The position numbers and the translations under genes were made by a program. Shown in pieces: positions 9,652 through 21,074 of a DNA stretch of 64,000 nt. The stretch lies in assembly GCA_963678315.1 (NCBI GenBank), contig OY782781.1, positions 2,400,001-2,464,000 of the forward strand. Reading direction: 5' to 3'. Origin of the DNA: Candidatus Cloacimonadales bacterium. GTDB lineage: Bacteria; Cloacimonadota; Cloacimonadia; Cloacimonadales; JAFGVF01. A model generated the notes under the pieces. It ran no database searches and was not told the DNA's origin. It saw nothing but the letters and a program-made list of their open reading frames with translations. How positions within the stretch are numbered: the stretch's first letter is position 1; each line of letters opens with the position of its first letter.

Positions 9652-10938
9652 TTAGCTAATAGCTGTATAATAGTCTTTTGCTTTCTCGGTTATTCTCTTT
9701 ACAAACTTAGCTTTACCATCAGTATAGCCTTCTCTATCCCACTTATTTAATTTCTCTAAACCAAGCTTTAATTCCTCATATTCTATTGCTACTTCAGTAA
9801 ATTCATTGAGGTAATCCCTAAAGTATACCCTATCCCAAATATAAGAATTATCTAGACTAGCGAAATGTAAATGGTAAGATTCTTCAGCAAGTCCAGTTTC
9901 CAAGTAGCCTTTTACAAACATTATATGTTTAGTTTGTTCTATCATAAAAATATAACCTAACGGTTCCAATATTTCTTTAAGAACATTCTCAGTCATTCCT
10001 TCTTTCAGTTCAATAATCATGTCCACTGTAGGCTTTGTTTTGATTGATTTAATAGCAGTAGATCCTATGTGTTCAACCTTCAAAGGAGCAAACTCTCCCA
10101 GTAGATTAAGGATATAGTCTTTTTCTTTATTAAACCTATCAAGATAGCAATCTTTATTCTCAAAGAGTTCAATAGGATACAACTCACCTAATTGACGTTT
10201 TCTATCGTCATCTATCTTTTGTTCTTTCATTTTACTAACTAGCCTTTTAGTAGCTTTATTAAATAATATTGAGATTCCTGTCCCTGTGACTAAGTAGCTA
10301 ACATGAAGAAGATAGCATGGGATTATGCTATTAGTTTTTAAGAATAAAGAACCAGAAACTAGAGCTAGAACAAAAGAACTAATTACTTTGCTAGCAATAT
10401 AAGGATTACTGATGCGCTTACTTAAACTAAGGTTATTTAGAGCGTACAGAATGGCAGGGAAAACCACAGCAATACTAAAGCTTAAGCCTAAAAGTTTCAT
10501 TTGATATTGTGCTAATGGTATTAGCAGTGTGATGAATAAACCCCTATAAAAGAGTTCTTCACTGAAAGAGTTTAAGAACCAAGATTCAAAGAAGGTTTTC
10601 CATTTTGTTTTATTCTTATCTGACACTGGTGAATCATTCTTAGAAGGCAAAATTGAAACAAGTATTATCATAAAAATAAAGAGAATAATACCCAGAGCTA
10701 TACCCCAGATAATTGCTTTCGATATGTAGTTTATTGATGATGCTACAAATCCTAAATCACTTAATCCAAAATGATAGTATTTTGAGATGAAAAATGTCAG
10801 TATAATTAAAATTGCAAAGTTTAGTGTATTAGTTTTTCTTTTCCAAGATTTAACAAATCTTTGTAAAACATCAACTATCAGCTTGTAAATAGCCATAATC
10901 GTTACTAAAATCAATGGTAAATATTCTATATGATTCAT
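9652..10938 (-). CDS. CPBP (CAAX-protease/Abi-like) membrane domain fused to GrpB-family domain
   Basis: TM-rich N-half with 'EELFYRG'; C-half 'EHIGSTA..KPTVDM', 'HLH', 'FRDYL', 'YTDGK'. Confidence 0.75.
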   Translation of the reverse strand: MNHIEYLPLILVTIMAIYKLIVDVLQRFVKSWKRKTNTLNFAILIILTFFISKYYHFGLSDLGFVASSINYISKAIIWGIALGIILFIFMIILVSILPSKNDSPVSDKNKTKWKTFFESWFLNSFSEELFYRGLFITLLIPLAQYQMKLLGLSFSIAVVFPAILYALNNLSLSKRISNPYIASKVISSFVLALVSGSLFLKTNSIIPCYLLHVSYLVTGTGISILFNKATKRLVSKMKEQKIDDDRKRQLGELYPIELFENKDCYLDRFNKEKDYILNLLGEFAPLKVEHIGSTAIKSIKTKPTVDMIIELKEGMTENVLKEILEPLGYIFMIEQTKHIMFVKGYLETGLAEESYHLHFASLDNSYIWDRVYFRDYLNEFTEVAIEYEELKLGLEKLNKWDREGYTDGKAKFVKRITEKAKDYYTAIS

Positions 10939-11146
10939 GAATTTATCATCCTATATTCTTAAATTTATCCTAAGTTATCACTTAAATATTCTATGTAAAT
11001 AGAACTTCAGTGTATTTATTCCATCTTTATAACTGCATAAAAGAAAAATAAATATTGACTTACATGTTAAAGAGATATTAACTAGTTATGTAGTCAATGT
11101 ATATTTATTCTGAGCATAATCACATAACTAATTTAATGGTGGTTCC

Positions 11147-14100
11147 ATGAGTTTTAAAAGATATTTCTTTGTTGTACTTGTTCTTTTTGCTTTTGTATCA
11201 AATAGTTTAGCTAATAAAACTCAATCATTTGAGTTAAACGATGCTGAAAAGAAGTGGTTAGCTGAAGACCACATTGTTAAAGTGAGAGTTTCCTATTTCC
11301 CACCATTTCATTTCAATAAGAACAAACTTGAAGGTTTATCTGTTGATATAGCTACAAAAATGCTCGAGGATCTTAATATTAGATATGAGCTCGTCAGTTC
11401 GATTGATTACTCCTGGGCAGAATCACTAGAACAAATTAAGAATAGAAAAACATTTGATATGTTTTTAACAGCCAGTGTAACAGAAGAAAGAAAAGAATAT
11501 CTAGCTTTTTCAGATAACTATCTCAAAATTCCATGGGTTATCTTTACAAGAGATGATTCTCCCTTTATAACAAGTATTGATGATCTGGATGGAAAAGTAA
11601 TCAGCTGTCCTGAAGGATTTGTAATAGGAGAAGTTATAAAAAGGGATTACCCTAACATAAAACTAAAATTTTATGGTGGAGGGGATGAAATTGTTCAGTG
11701 TTTAACAGCACTTTCACAGGGAGAAGTAGATGCCTACATTGGTTCTTTAACTGTAGGTTCTTACTTTATAAAAGATTTAAATTTAGCAAATATAAAGATA
11801 GTTGCACCCACACCATTTGGAGATCATACTCAAGCCTTTGCTGTTAGGTCTGATTGGCCTGAACTAGCTTCTATTTTAACTAAATCTATTGATAATTTCA
11901 GTCCAGAATTAAAAACTGAAATTTTTAATAAATGGGTTTCGGTTGACTATAGTCCTGTCTTCAATAGATATGAAGTGTTAAAATGGGTAATTATTTTAAG
12001 TTCTTTATTCATTATAATACTTCTAATTTCAATGTATTGGAATAGAAGATTAAACAAAGAGATTAGAAAACGTAAGTTATCAGAAAAAAAAGTAAATTCA
12101 ATAATTAATTTTTGTCCAATTGGAATCTGTACTTCTAATGACCAAGGTAGAATTCTTTCAGCTAATTCAGCTTATGCAAAGATGGTTGGTTATTCGAATG
12201 AAGAAGTTACTAAGTTAACGTTTTTTGATTTGACACATCCTGATTATCAGCATAAAAATAAAGAACTTTTCACTAAAATGATATCAGACCAAGATGAATC
12301 TACCTTTTTTGAGTATGAAAAGAAATATATTCGTAAGAACGGAGAAATTATTGATGTTTTTGTCCATGCTGTAAATATTGAGAATTTTGATGGTACTGGT
12401 GTTTCTGGAGTTGCTTTTGTTGAAGATATTACCCAAAGGAAGAAAAATCAAGAACAGCTGGACTTTCTTTTAACAATTCAAACAATCTTAAGAAACTTTT
12501 CAACTGATTTAATTAATATTCAGAAAGAGAATGTTGCAGAAGCATTTAATAGTGTTCTTGAGAAAATAGGCTCTCTCTATGGAGCTGAACGAGCCTATGT
12601 ATATCAATATAATCATGATCCTAGCCAATCTAAAGTCTCTTATGAATGGTGTCAGACTGGGTGTAGTTCTCATAAAGATATCATTGATAGTATTAGTGTT
12701 AAGCAAATGTTAGAGGATTCTACTAATAATGTTATATCAGTCTCGTCAATAGATTTAGAACCACAATCTCAATTCAAAGATCTTCTTTCAAAACTTCAAA
12801 TCCAAAGTTGTTTAATAGTTCCGACCTACATAGCAGACTCTTTAGTTGCTTTTGTTGGTATCGATTATAATAATCATGAAAGATATTTTGAAGACTTAGA
12901 TATAAAGATTCTTAAGTTTGTTGGTCAAATTTATATCAATATCATGCAGAGATATAAGTATGAGGATAAATTAGTAGAACTAAATAAGAAGTTAACTGAA
13001 GCAATACATATCTCTCATAAATATGCTGAACAATCAAGACAGGCTAGTAAGGCTAAATCAGAATTTTTAGCTACAATGAGTCACGAAATTAGAACTCCTC
13101 TAAATGGTGTTATTGGTTTTTCTGAATTACTGTCTGAGACTAATCTAGACAAGATTCAAATGAGTTACTTAAATAATGCCACTAAATCTGCTCATTTACT
13201 CTTAGGTATCATTAGTGACATTCTAGACTTTTCTAAGATTGAAGCTGGAAAACTTGAGCTAGAATGTGTTGAATGTAATATTTACATTTTACTTGATGAA
13301 ATAATTGATCTTTTCTATTTAAAGACTCAGAGAAAAGGGCTTAATTTTCAAATAGAGATTGATAAGAATTTGCCAAACAGTATTATAATTGATCCTACTA
13401 GATTCAAACAAGTCTTAGTTAATCTTCTTTCCAATGCTGTTAAATTTACTAATAAGGGTTTTGTTAAATTAGTTGTTGATTTCGAATATATTGAGAATCA
13501 AGGTAAACTTACAATAAAAGTAATTGATTCTGGAATTGGTATTCAAGAAAATGAAATTAACAAGATTTTCAGAGCATTTTCCCAAGCAGATACTTCAATT
13601 ACAAGAAAGTTTGGAGGCACAGGACTGGGTCTTATCATATCAGATAATCTTGTCCATCAAATGGGAGGAAAGATTGAGTTCTCTAGTAAACCTAATCAAG
13701 AAACAGTTTTTGAGTTCACTATCACTGCTGACTACATCAAAGAAGAAAGATTCTATCAATCATCTACACCACATATTACTAATATACTCTTAAAAAAGAA
13801 TGATAGTGATTATTGTAATAAGATTCGTGAATTCCTTACTGCTTGTAATTATAATATTATTGAAATAGATAATATGGATAATCTTTCATCACTTAGTAAC
13901 ACAAATGATATTGATGTAATTATTTATTGTGGTTTAACTGAAAGTCCTGACTTCAATAAAGAAATATACTTTAATGGACTAGCAAAATCAATTCTGGACA
14001 TACCTATACTAGTTGTAGATAGTCTTATGAGTAATCAAGTCATATCCTCTAGATTAAAGCACTTTAAGAGGTCCTTCTTAATACCAACACCTTTCCGTTA

Positions 14101-14581
14101 TACTAGTTTAGTTAAACTACTAAAAGATATAGAAAATAATGCAAACATGATTTCTATCCAGAATGAAAATCAATCCAGTTATGATTCAAGTAAAAAAACA
14201 ATATCTACACAAGCTTTTAAGATATTAGTTGCTGAAGATAACAAACTAAACATGAAATTACTAAGAACTCTTCTAAACAAAATTGTACCTAATGCAATTA
14301 TAGATTCAGCTAAAGATGGATCAATAGCAAAAGAGAGAGCTTGTAACAAGTCTTATGATTTAGTTTTAATGGATATTCAAATGCCTAACATGGATGGATT
14401 AACATCTACAAAACTAATAAAAGCAGAACTTGGTGATAATACTCCTACAATAATCGCCTTAACAGCTAATGCAACTCAAAATGACAAGAGCAAAGCTCTC
14501 AGTATAGGGATGAATGATTTCTTAACCAAACCGATTGTAAGAAAAGATCTTGAACAAGTTTTAACTAAATATCTTATGTAG
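11147..14581 (+). CDS. Hybrid sensor histidine kinase/response regulator (PBP, PAS, GAF, HisKA, HATPase, REC)
   Basis: periplasmic binding domain, PAS 'THPDY', '[10 protein letters not shown]', 'FGGTGLGL', REC 'MDIQMP'. Confidence 0.92.
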   Translation: MSFKRYFFVVLVLFAFVSNSLANKTQSFELNDAEKKWLAEDHIVKVRVSYFPPFHFNKNKLEGLSVDIATKMLEDLNIRYELVSSIDYSWAESLEQIKNRKTFDMFLTASVTEERKEYLAFSDNYLKIPWVIFTRDDSPFITSIDDLDGKVISCPEGFVIGEVIKRDYPNIKLKFYGGGDEIVQCLTALSQGEVDAYIGSLTVGSYFIKDLNLANIKIVAPTPFGDHTQAFAVRSDWPELASILTKSIDNFSPELKTEIFNKWVSVDYSPVFNRYEVLKWVIILSSLFIIILLISMYWNRRLNKEIRKRKLSEKKVNSIINFCPIGICTSNDQGRILSANSAYAKMVGYSNEEVTKLTFFDLTHPDYQHKNKELFTKMISDQDESTFFEYEKKYIRKNGEIIDVFVHAVNIENFDGTGVSGVAFVEDITQRKKNQEQLDFLLTIQTILRNFSTDLINIQKENVAEAFNSVLEKIGSLYGAERAYVYQYNHDPSQSKVSYEWCQTGCSSHKDIIDSISVKQMLEDSTNNVISVSSIDLEPQSQFKDLLSKLQIQSCLIVPTYIADSLVAFVGIDYNNHERYFEDLDIKILKFVGQIYINIMQRYKYEDKLVELNKKLTEAIHISHKYAEQSRQASKAKSEFLATMSHEIRTPLNGVIGFSELLSETNLDKIQMSYLNNATKSAHLLLGIISDILDFSKIEAGKLELECVECNIYILLDEIIDLFYLKTQRKGLNFQIEIDKNLPNSIIIDPTRFKQVLVNLLSNAVKFTNKGFVKLVVDFEYIENQGKLTIKVIDSGIGIQENEINKIFRAFSQADTSITRKFGGTGLGLIISDNLVHQMGGKIEFSSKPNQETVFEFTITADYIKEERFYQSSTPHITNILLKKNDSDYCNKIREFLTACNYNIIEIDNMDNLSSLSNTNDIDVIIYCGLTESPDFNKEIYFNGLAKSILDIPILVVDSLMSNQVISSRLKHFKRSFLIPTPFRYTSLVKLLKDIENNANMISIQNENQSSYDSSKKTISTQAFKILVAEDNKLNMKLLRTLLNKIVPNAIIDSAKDGSIAKERACNKSYDLVLMDIQMPNMDGLTSTKLIKAELGDNTPTIIALTANATQNDKSKALSIGMNDFLTKPIVRKDLEQVLTKYLM

Positions 14582-14675
14582 AATATTGCTATTATTAATT
14601 GGACTTAATAAGCCCCTAGACTCTGAGATATTATTTGCGAGCTTAGGGGCACTATATTATAGCATTTTAATCTTT

Positions 14676-14721
14676 AACCTAGATTATTCATTAGGTTTAA
14701 CCTACATGATGCATTAGGTTT
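14676..14721. repeat. Two tandem 23-bp palindromic units
   Basis: AACCTAGATTATTCATTAGGTTT / AACCTACATGATGCATTAGGTTT. Confidence 0.55.
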
Positions 14722-14750
14722 GTCTAGATAATTTGATTATTAACTGCAGT

Positions 14751-16121
14751 TTACTCATTGTAATAGTCTAAACCCAGAGCTTGCATTATTGTTGCTAAGA
14801 CAAAGTTAAATGGTTTATTAAAGTGAGGTAAGAAGTATACATCTGTAAAAGCTAAATCAAGCAAAGTTAGATTTCTTTGAATTGCCAAAGCTAAGTAGTA
14901 TATTGTTTCAGTATGAGAAACTTCTCCATAAGAAGCAACCTGAGCACCTAACAATCTAAGAGTATCTTTTTCATAGACAATTTTGAATTTAGTTTGGGTT
15001 ACATCATTCATGAATTCAGGTCTATCGTTATCAATAACAAAGTTAGTTGCAACAGCTAAGTTATGTTTCTTTGCTGAAACTTCGCTAATTCCTGTACTTG
15101 CCATCTTATAGCCAAATACATTAATTGCATTTGTTCCCACAATTGAATCAACTTTAACAGCTTCATTTCCGTTTATGTTACTAGCAGCAACAATACCAGA
15201 CTTCACTGCGTTAGTAGCCAACGCTACTTGCATTGAGCGTTCATAAGCCGCATGGTACATAGCTACTGAATCCCCTATGGCATACACATCAGGAATTGAA
15301 GTTCTCATGTGCTTATCAACTATCAAAGCACCATTAGAAGTCTTCTCTGCTTGTGGAAGTAATTCTGTATTTGGTTTAAAACCAATACTCTTGATAACTA
15401 AATCAGCAGGATATTCACCTTTATCAGTTATAACTTTAGTGACTTTACCATCCTTACCAGCAAAATCAATAACCTTTTCACCCATTGCTAAAGTTAATCC
15501 ATCTTCCTGTAACTTTTTCTCAACATCTGCAGTGAATTCTTCATCAAAATAGTTTGGTAAAATTCTATCTTCATAGTCAATAAGAGTTACATTTTTACCT
15601 TTTAAATGATAAGCCTCAGCAAGCTCTACCCCAATATAGCCAGAACCAACTATTGCTACATTCTTAATTTCTTCTTCATCCGCTTTTCTAATCAACTCTT
15701 CAGCATGTTGGAACAACTTACAGATTTCAACATTTTCGAGGTTAGCATTCTCTTCTGGTATACCAGGTATTTCTAATGGCCATGAACCTGCAGCATAAAT
15801 CAAAGTGTCATAATTGTTTTCAAAATCTTCGTTTGTATTAAGATTCCTAACTCTAACTTTCTTGTTATCTGTATCGATAGCAATTACTTCATGACTCATA
15901 TTAATAGAAGCCCCTTTAGCTTCTAACTTTTCAGGACTGCAATAAAATAAATCATTTGGGTTTTTCACAACTCCACTAACTGTCAGGGCTATACCACAAC
16001 CAAGAAAAGAAATATTATCATTTCTATCATAAGCTACAATTTCATTTTTATTATTTTGAGCTAGTAAAGTTCTTATTGCAGAAGTACCAGCATGATTAAT
16101 TCCTACTACTATTATCTTCAT
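14751..16121 (-). CDS. nox: FAD-dependent NADH oxidase (H2O-forming type)
   Basis: 'GINHAG', redox Cys motif 'SFLGCG', GSGYIG, 'YAIGD', 'FLPHFN'. Confidence 0.85.
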   Translation of the reverse strand: MKIIVVGINHAGTSAIRTLLAQNNKNEIVAYDRNDNISFLGCGIALTVSGVVKNPNDLFYCSPEKLEAKGASINMSHEVIAIDTDNKKVRVRNLNTNEDFENNYDTLIYAAGSWPLEIPGIPEENANLENVEICKLFQHAEELIRKADEEEIKNVAIVGSGYIGVELAEAYHLKGKNVTLIDYEDRILPNYFDEEFTADVEKKLQEDGLTLAMGEKVIDFAGKDGKVTKVITDKGEYPADLVIKSIGFKPNTELLPQAEKTSNGALIVDKHMRTSIPDVYAIGDSVAMYHAAYERSMQVALATNAVKSGIVAASNINGNEAVKVDSIVGTNAINVFGYKMASTGISEVSAKKHNLAVATNFVIDNDRPEFMNDVTQTKFKIVYEKDTLRLLGAQVASYGEVSHTETIYYLALAIQRNLTLLDLAFTDVYFLPHFNKPFNFVLATIMQALGLDYYNE

Positions 16122-16310
16122 TTAATTCTCCTTTAATCTGAATAAATCTAATAAAATAGTAAATAGAATAAAACATTTTGCAAATATATATTTTCATAAA
16201 TTTGATTATGCTAATTGCTAGCAACATTAAGAAGTTTGAATATTGTTTCTTTAGAATTGTGAGCTTCATTTCAAGGCAAAAAAAAAGAGCCTTTCGGCTT
16301 TCATAATAAA

Positions 16311-16387
16311 TGGTAGCGAGAGGAGGATTTGAACCTCCGGCCTTCGGGTTATGAGCCCGACGAGCTACCTAACTGCTCCATCTCGCG
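16311..16387 (-). tRNA. tRNA-Met(CAT), initiator type
   Basis: reverse complement CGCGAGATGGAGCAG...GGGCTCATAACCC...ACCA; unpaired C1, three G-C pairs in anticodon stem. Confidence 0.95.
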
Positions 16388-16494
16388 ACAAACTTATATC
16401 TAACATCTTAAAAGCTATTTCATATTCTTGATTAACAAGAAAGTAATTAATGTTAAACATAAAAAAAAAGAGTCATTACGACTCGAGATTAAAA

Positions 16495-16571
16495 TGGGGT
16501 GGCTGATGGGGCTCGAACCCACGACAACATGAACCACAATCATGTGCTCTACCAACTGAACTACAGCCACC
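16495..16571 (-). tRNA. tRNA-His(GTG)
   Basis: GGTGGCTGTAGTTCAG...GATTGTGGTTC...GTTCGAG...CCCCA. Confidence 0.95.
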
Positions 16572-16603
16572 ATGATATCTAAATTATTTACGTTGAAAAG
16601 AAA

Positions 16604-16680
<77 letters not shown>

Positions 16681-16698
16681 ACACTAATTTCAAAAGTT

Positions 16699-16775
16699 TG
16701 GTAGCGGCACAGGGACTCGGACCCCGGACACCTGGATTATGATTCCAGTGCTCTAACCAACTGAGCTATGCCGCC
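16699..16775 (-). tRNA. tRNA-Met(CAT), elongator type
   Basis: GGCGGCATAGCTCAG...GGAATCATAATCC...ACCA; T-loop reads TCCGAGT. Confidence 0.88.
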
Positions 16776-16780
16776 ATTTA

Positions 16781-16857
16781 TGGTAGCGAGAGGAGGATTT
16801 GAACCTCCGGCCTTCGGGTTATGAGCCCGACGAGCTACCTAACTGCTCCATCTCGCG
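16781..16857 (-). tRNA. tRNA-Met(CAT), initiator type, second copy
   Basis: identical to 16311-16387. Confidence 0.95.
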
Positions 16858-16982
16858 TCAACGTTTAATCAATTTATTTTATAGTTAATTTTTGTCAAGT
16901 CTTTTTATTAATTATTTTAAATTAATTTCTAAAAGCTTCAATACTAAAATTCACTATAAACACTTATTATCACACTATCGAA

Positions 16983-17059
16983 TGGCACGCCCAAGAGGAG
17001 TCGAACCCCTAACCTTCTGATCCGTAGTCAGACACTCTATCCAATTGAGCTATGGGCGC
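16983..17059 (-). tRNA. tRNA-Arg(ACG)
   Basis: GCGCCCATAGCTCAA...GACTACGGATC...GTTCGACT...GCCA. Confidence 0.95.
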
Positions 17060-17283
17060 GTTTCGTATTCGCATAAAACTAAAATCCACTTCTCATGTCA
17101 AGATTAATTTTTATATTTTTCTTAATCACAAATTAACATTGATAGCTATATCACTGTAAAAAAAAGAGATAATATATATTAATATTTTTCATCTAATCTG
17201 CTAAAATGGCCTTTTTTAATACTCTTTCTACACTATTATTAACTTCAAATATCCAAAAAGGAATTATACATGATAAGTAAGAA

Positions 17284-18016
17284 ATGACACCCAACTATTC
17301 CACCTGAAATACTGATTATATCATTTATTAAAGCTTTATTTATTAGATACTTACACGCTATTCCAAACGATGTCTCAAAATTTCCTCTTTAGCATAATTT
17401 ACAGACTATTATTACAAGTTCGATACCAGCTTTGGAGGATGTTTGAAGTAGTCTTTTTTGACTATATATTACTGCAAGTCTTTATGTTAGTAGCTAGTTG
17501 TACTTCTGAGTAAAAAAATAGAAAGAACCGATATCTCATATTTATCATGAGACACCGGTTTAAAATTGTTGATTTGATATAAAGTGACACCCAACTTTTC
17601 CATCTGCAAAAACGATTCATATATCTCATAAAGTCCCACACATTAGACTCTTACACCTATTTTCAATCGTTTTTTCAAAATTTCCATTTTAACTGCTTTC
17701 ACAGGAAACTTTATCGTTTGATTTATACTTTTAAAGTAGTTTTGTGGTTGTAAAGAACAGCATTAACAACCTTAAACGTCTAATAAATAAAGAGTTAACC
17801 TATTTTATAGTTTTAAGGCAATTGAAAAAATCGTTTTTACGCTTTTTTCTCACTGCAAAAACGATTCGGTTTCTCACATTTGATAAAAAAGCGTAAAAAC
17901 GATTTTGAAGAAGTGACAGAGTTTTTTCATTATTGATAAAAAACCGTAAAAACGATATTACTTGTTACTGAATACTCCACTTTTCAGATACTATAAAAAT
18001 GACACCATTATTTCCA
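17284..18016 (+). repeat. Left-end motif array (putative transposase binding sites)
   Basis: TGACACCCAACTATTCCA (17285), GTGACACCCAACTTTTCCA (17584), TGACACCATTATTTCCA (18000); repeated AAAAACGAT/ATCGTTTTT motifs incl. TTGATAAAAAA(G/C)CGTAAAAACGAT x2. Confidence 0.6.
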
Positions 18017-18123
18017 TTTCAAAACTACTATATATAATCTTTAGTTATATCATAAAAATGGAGCACTTTTGTAATTTTCATGAAATAATACGCTACTTAG
18101 TCATATTTTTTTTGTACTAGCTG

Positions 18124-19125
18124 TTAATAAGTATTGTTAAAATCCAAATCATCAATATCATAATCATATGAATTATTATGTGAACATATTTTTAGTTGCA
18201 TCGTTTCAAAGTTCTTTTTAATAATTTTTGATAATTCAGCTTGATCTTCTTCTAGGCTTTTCGTACCAAAAATAACAGAAGTTATTGTTCGAGGATTGAA
18301 TTCAATCAAATTACCTTCTTTATATTTAAGAACTCTAATCTCATCTTCTTCTTCCCAACATCTTTGCTTTGAAAAAAATATTTCTTTTATTGGGAAATCA
18401 AAGGAACCTTTCAAATAGGAAGTTTTAGGGAGTTCTTTAACATAATCGATTGGTAAAATTGGATAAAAGAAAAGAGGGTCTTCTAAGACATCAAATTCCA
18501 CACAAACACCTTTTGAGTTATCCCCATAATGAGCCCACATCTTTGTATTAGTTGGCGTTGTAGTAAAACAACTAGCTTTTGCAGAATCAACACTTTTACT
18601 TGCAGACTTTTGTAAAACATCTTTAAACCTAGACATAATAGACTTATCTGCATCGATTTGCACAGAGTTATTATATTTTGTTTCTAAATATTTCTTGTAA
18701 TTCATACTATCTTCTTCGGTAAAGCTTTCAGGAAAAGGTGATCTTCCTTCAAACTCATCATTAAATTTATCTAAATCTGAAAACCACATTTTCTTATTTT
18801 CAAACATTGCTAGTGTATAATCATTTATTGGCATATATTTATACAACTTATGAGGTATTATTTTATCATGCACCATTTTTAAAATAATAAACTCTTTATA
18901 GAAAAGCATAAAATCATCTAAAGACATATTTAGCTTCTTAGCTCTTTCTGCATTATTTTTTTCCCTCCCGATCATTTTAGCCTTTTCACTCCATTTAAAA
19001 AAATCTTCCATTTGTTCTTTAGGTATTCCTATTTTACTAAACACAGATTTATAGGTTTTGCCCATAGTTACACTAGATTTTAGTTCAATTAGCTTATCCA
19101 TATATTCGAAATATTCAATGTTCAT
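18124..19125 (-). CDS. DUF2971-domain protein, copy 1
   Basis: 'LYKY', 'FNDEFEG', 'CF...MWAHYGDNSKGVCVEFD', 'K..CWEEEDEIR'. Confidence 0.8.
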   Translation of the reverse strand: MNIEYFEYMDKLIELKSSVTMGKTYKSVFSKIGIPKEQMEDFFKWSEKAKMIGREKNNAERAKKLNMSLDDFMLFYKEFIILKMVHDKIIPHKLYKYMPINDYTLAMFENKKMWFSDLDKFNDEFEGRSPFPESFTEEDSMNYKKYLETKYNNSVQIDADKSIMSRFKDVLQKSASKSVDSAKASCFTTTPTNTKMWAHYGDNSKGVCVEFDVLEDPLFFYPILPIDYVKELPKTSYLKGSFDFPIKEIFFSKQRCWEEEDEIRVLKYKEGNLIEFNPRTITSVIFGTKSLEEDQAELSKIIKKNFETMQLKICSHNNSYDYDIDDLDFNNTY

Positions 19126-19138
19126 TATAAAGTTCTCC

Positions 19139-19513
19139 CTAAATTACCCTAAACAAGAAAACCATCTCACCTAAGATTCTGAATGTCTCAAGTTCAAAGT
19201 CTTCTATTATTATTACATCAAAATCAGGATTTAAAGGTTTAAGTATAACCCTCTTCTTTTCCTTATCGAATTGTAGTTTTTTGAGTGTGACACCCTCAGG
19301 AGTCTGACAAGCACTAATCTTACCATTTAGACTTGGAATATCAATAGACTCTTTTATTACTACTACATCTCCATGCATTATCTTTGGAGACATACTATTT
19401 CCATTAACTTTAAGAGCTATATACTTATTTTCTTGATCTGACAAATAAGCTTTTGGTATCTCTATATACTTTGATGGAGCATCATCATAACCATTCATTG
19501 GAGTACCAGCTGC
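19139..19513 (-). pseudogene. 3' fragment of phage repressor (S24 domain only) created by the duplication
   Basis: identical to 21075-21449; lacks HTH and native start. Confidence 0.85.
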
Positions 19514-20059
19514 TATAAAGTGACACCCAACTTTTCCATCTGCAAAAACGATTCATATATCTCATAAAGTCCCACACATTAGACTCTTACACCTATTTTC
19601 AATCGTTTTTTCAAAATTTCCATTTTAACTGCTTTCACAGGAAACTTTATCGTTTGATTTATACTTTTAAAGTAGTTTTGTGGTTGTAAAGAACAGCATT
19701 AACAACCTTAAACGTCTAATAAATAAAGAGTTAACCTATTTTATAGTTTTAAGGCAATTGAAAAAATCGTTTTTACGCTTTTTTCTCACTGCAAAAACGA
19801 TTCGGTTTCTCACATTTGATAAAAAAGCGTAAAAACGATTTTGAAGAAGTGACAGAGTTTTTTCATTATTGATAAAAAACCGTAAAAACGATATTACTTG
19901 TTACTGAATACTCCACTTTTCAGATACTATAAAAATGACACCATTATTTCCATTTCAAAACTACTATATATAATCTTTAGTTATATCATAAAAATGGAGC
20001 ACTTTTGTAATTTTCATGAAATAATACGCTACTTAGTCATATTTTTTTTGTACTAGCTG

Positions 20060-21061
20060 TTAATAAGTATTGTTAAAATCCAAATCATCAATATCATAAT
20101 CATATGAATTATTATGTGAACATATTTTTAGTTGCATCGTTTCAAAGTTCTTTTTAATAATTTTTGATAATTCAGCTTGATCTTCTTCTAGGCTTTTCGT
20201 ACCAAAAATAACAGAAGTTATTGTTCGAGGATTGAATTCAATCAAATTACCTTCTTTATATTTAAGAACTCTAATCTCATCTTCTTCTTCCCAACATCTT
20301 TGCTTTGAAAAAAATATTTCTTTTATTGGGAAATCAAAGGAACCTTTCAAATAGGAAGTTTTAGGGAGTTCTTTAACATAATCGATTGGTAAAATTGGAT
20401 AAAAGAAAAGAGGGTCTTCTAAGACATCAAATTCCACACAAACACCTTTTGAGTTATCCCCATAATGAGCCCACATCTTTGTATTAGTTGGCGTTGTAGT
20501 AAAACAACTAGCTTTTGCAGAATCAACACTTTTACTTGCAGACTTTTGTAAAACATCTTTAAACCTAGACATAATAGACTTATCTGCATCGATTTGCACA
20601 GAGTTATTATATTTTGTTTCTAAATATTTCTTGTAATTCATACTATCTTCTTCGGTAAAGCTTTCAGGAAAAGGTGATCTTCCTTCAAACTCATCATTAA
20701 ATTTATCTAAATCTGAAAACCACATTTTCTTATTTTCAAACATTGCTAGTGTATAATCATTTATTGGCATATATTTATACAACTTATGAGGTATTATTTT
20801 ATCATGCACCATTTTTAAAATAATAAACTCTTTATAGAAAAGCATAAAATCATCTAAAGACATATTTAGCTTCTTAGCTCTTTCTGCATTATTTTTTTCC
20901 CTCCCGATCATTTTAGCCTTTTCACTCCATTTAAAAAAATCTTCCATTTGTTCTTTAGGTATTCCTATTTTACTAAACACAGATTTATAGGTTTTGCCCA
21001 TAGTTACACTAGATTTTAGTTCAATTAGCTTATCCATATATTCGAAATATTCAATGTTCAT
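20060..21061 (-). CDS. DUF2971-domain protein, copy 2
   Basis: identical to copy 1; 13 nt downstream of repressor stop. Confidence 0.8.
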   Translation of the reverse strand: MNIEYFEYMDKLIELKSSVTMGKTYKSVFSKIGIPKEQMEDFFKWSEKAKMIGREKNNAERAKKLNMSLDDFMLFYKEFIILKMVHDKIIPHKLYKYMPINDYTLAMFENKKMWFSDLDKFNDEFEGRSPFPESFTEEDSMNYKKYLETKYNNSVQIDADKSIMSRFKDVLQKSASKSVDSAKASCFTTTPTNTKMWAHYGDNSKGVCVEFDVLEDPLFFYPILPIDYVKELPKTSYLKGSFDFPIKEIFFSKQRCWEEEDEIRVLKYKEGNLIEFNPRTITSVIFGTKSLEEDQAELSKIIKKNFETMQLKICSHNNSYDYDIDDLDFNNTY

Positions 21062-21074
21062 TATAAAGTTCTCC

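Noticed and set aside
17820..17960. Possible CRISPR array
   Set aside because: Only two direct copies, mixed orientations, no regular spacers, no cas genes
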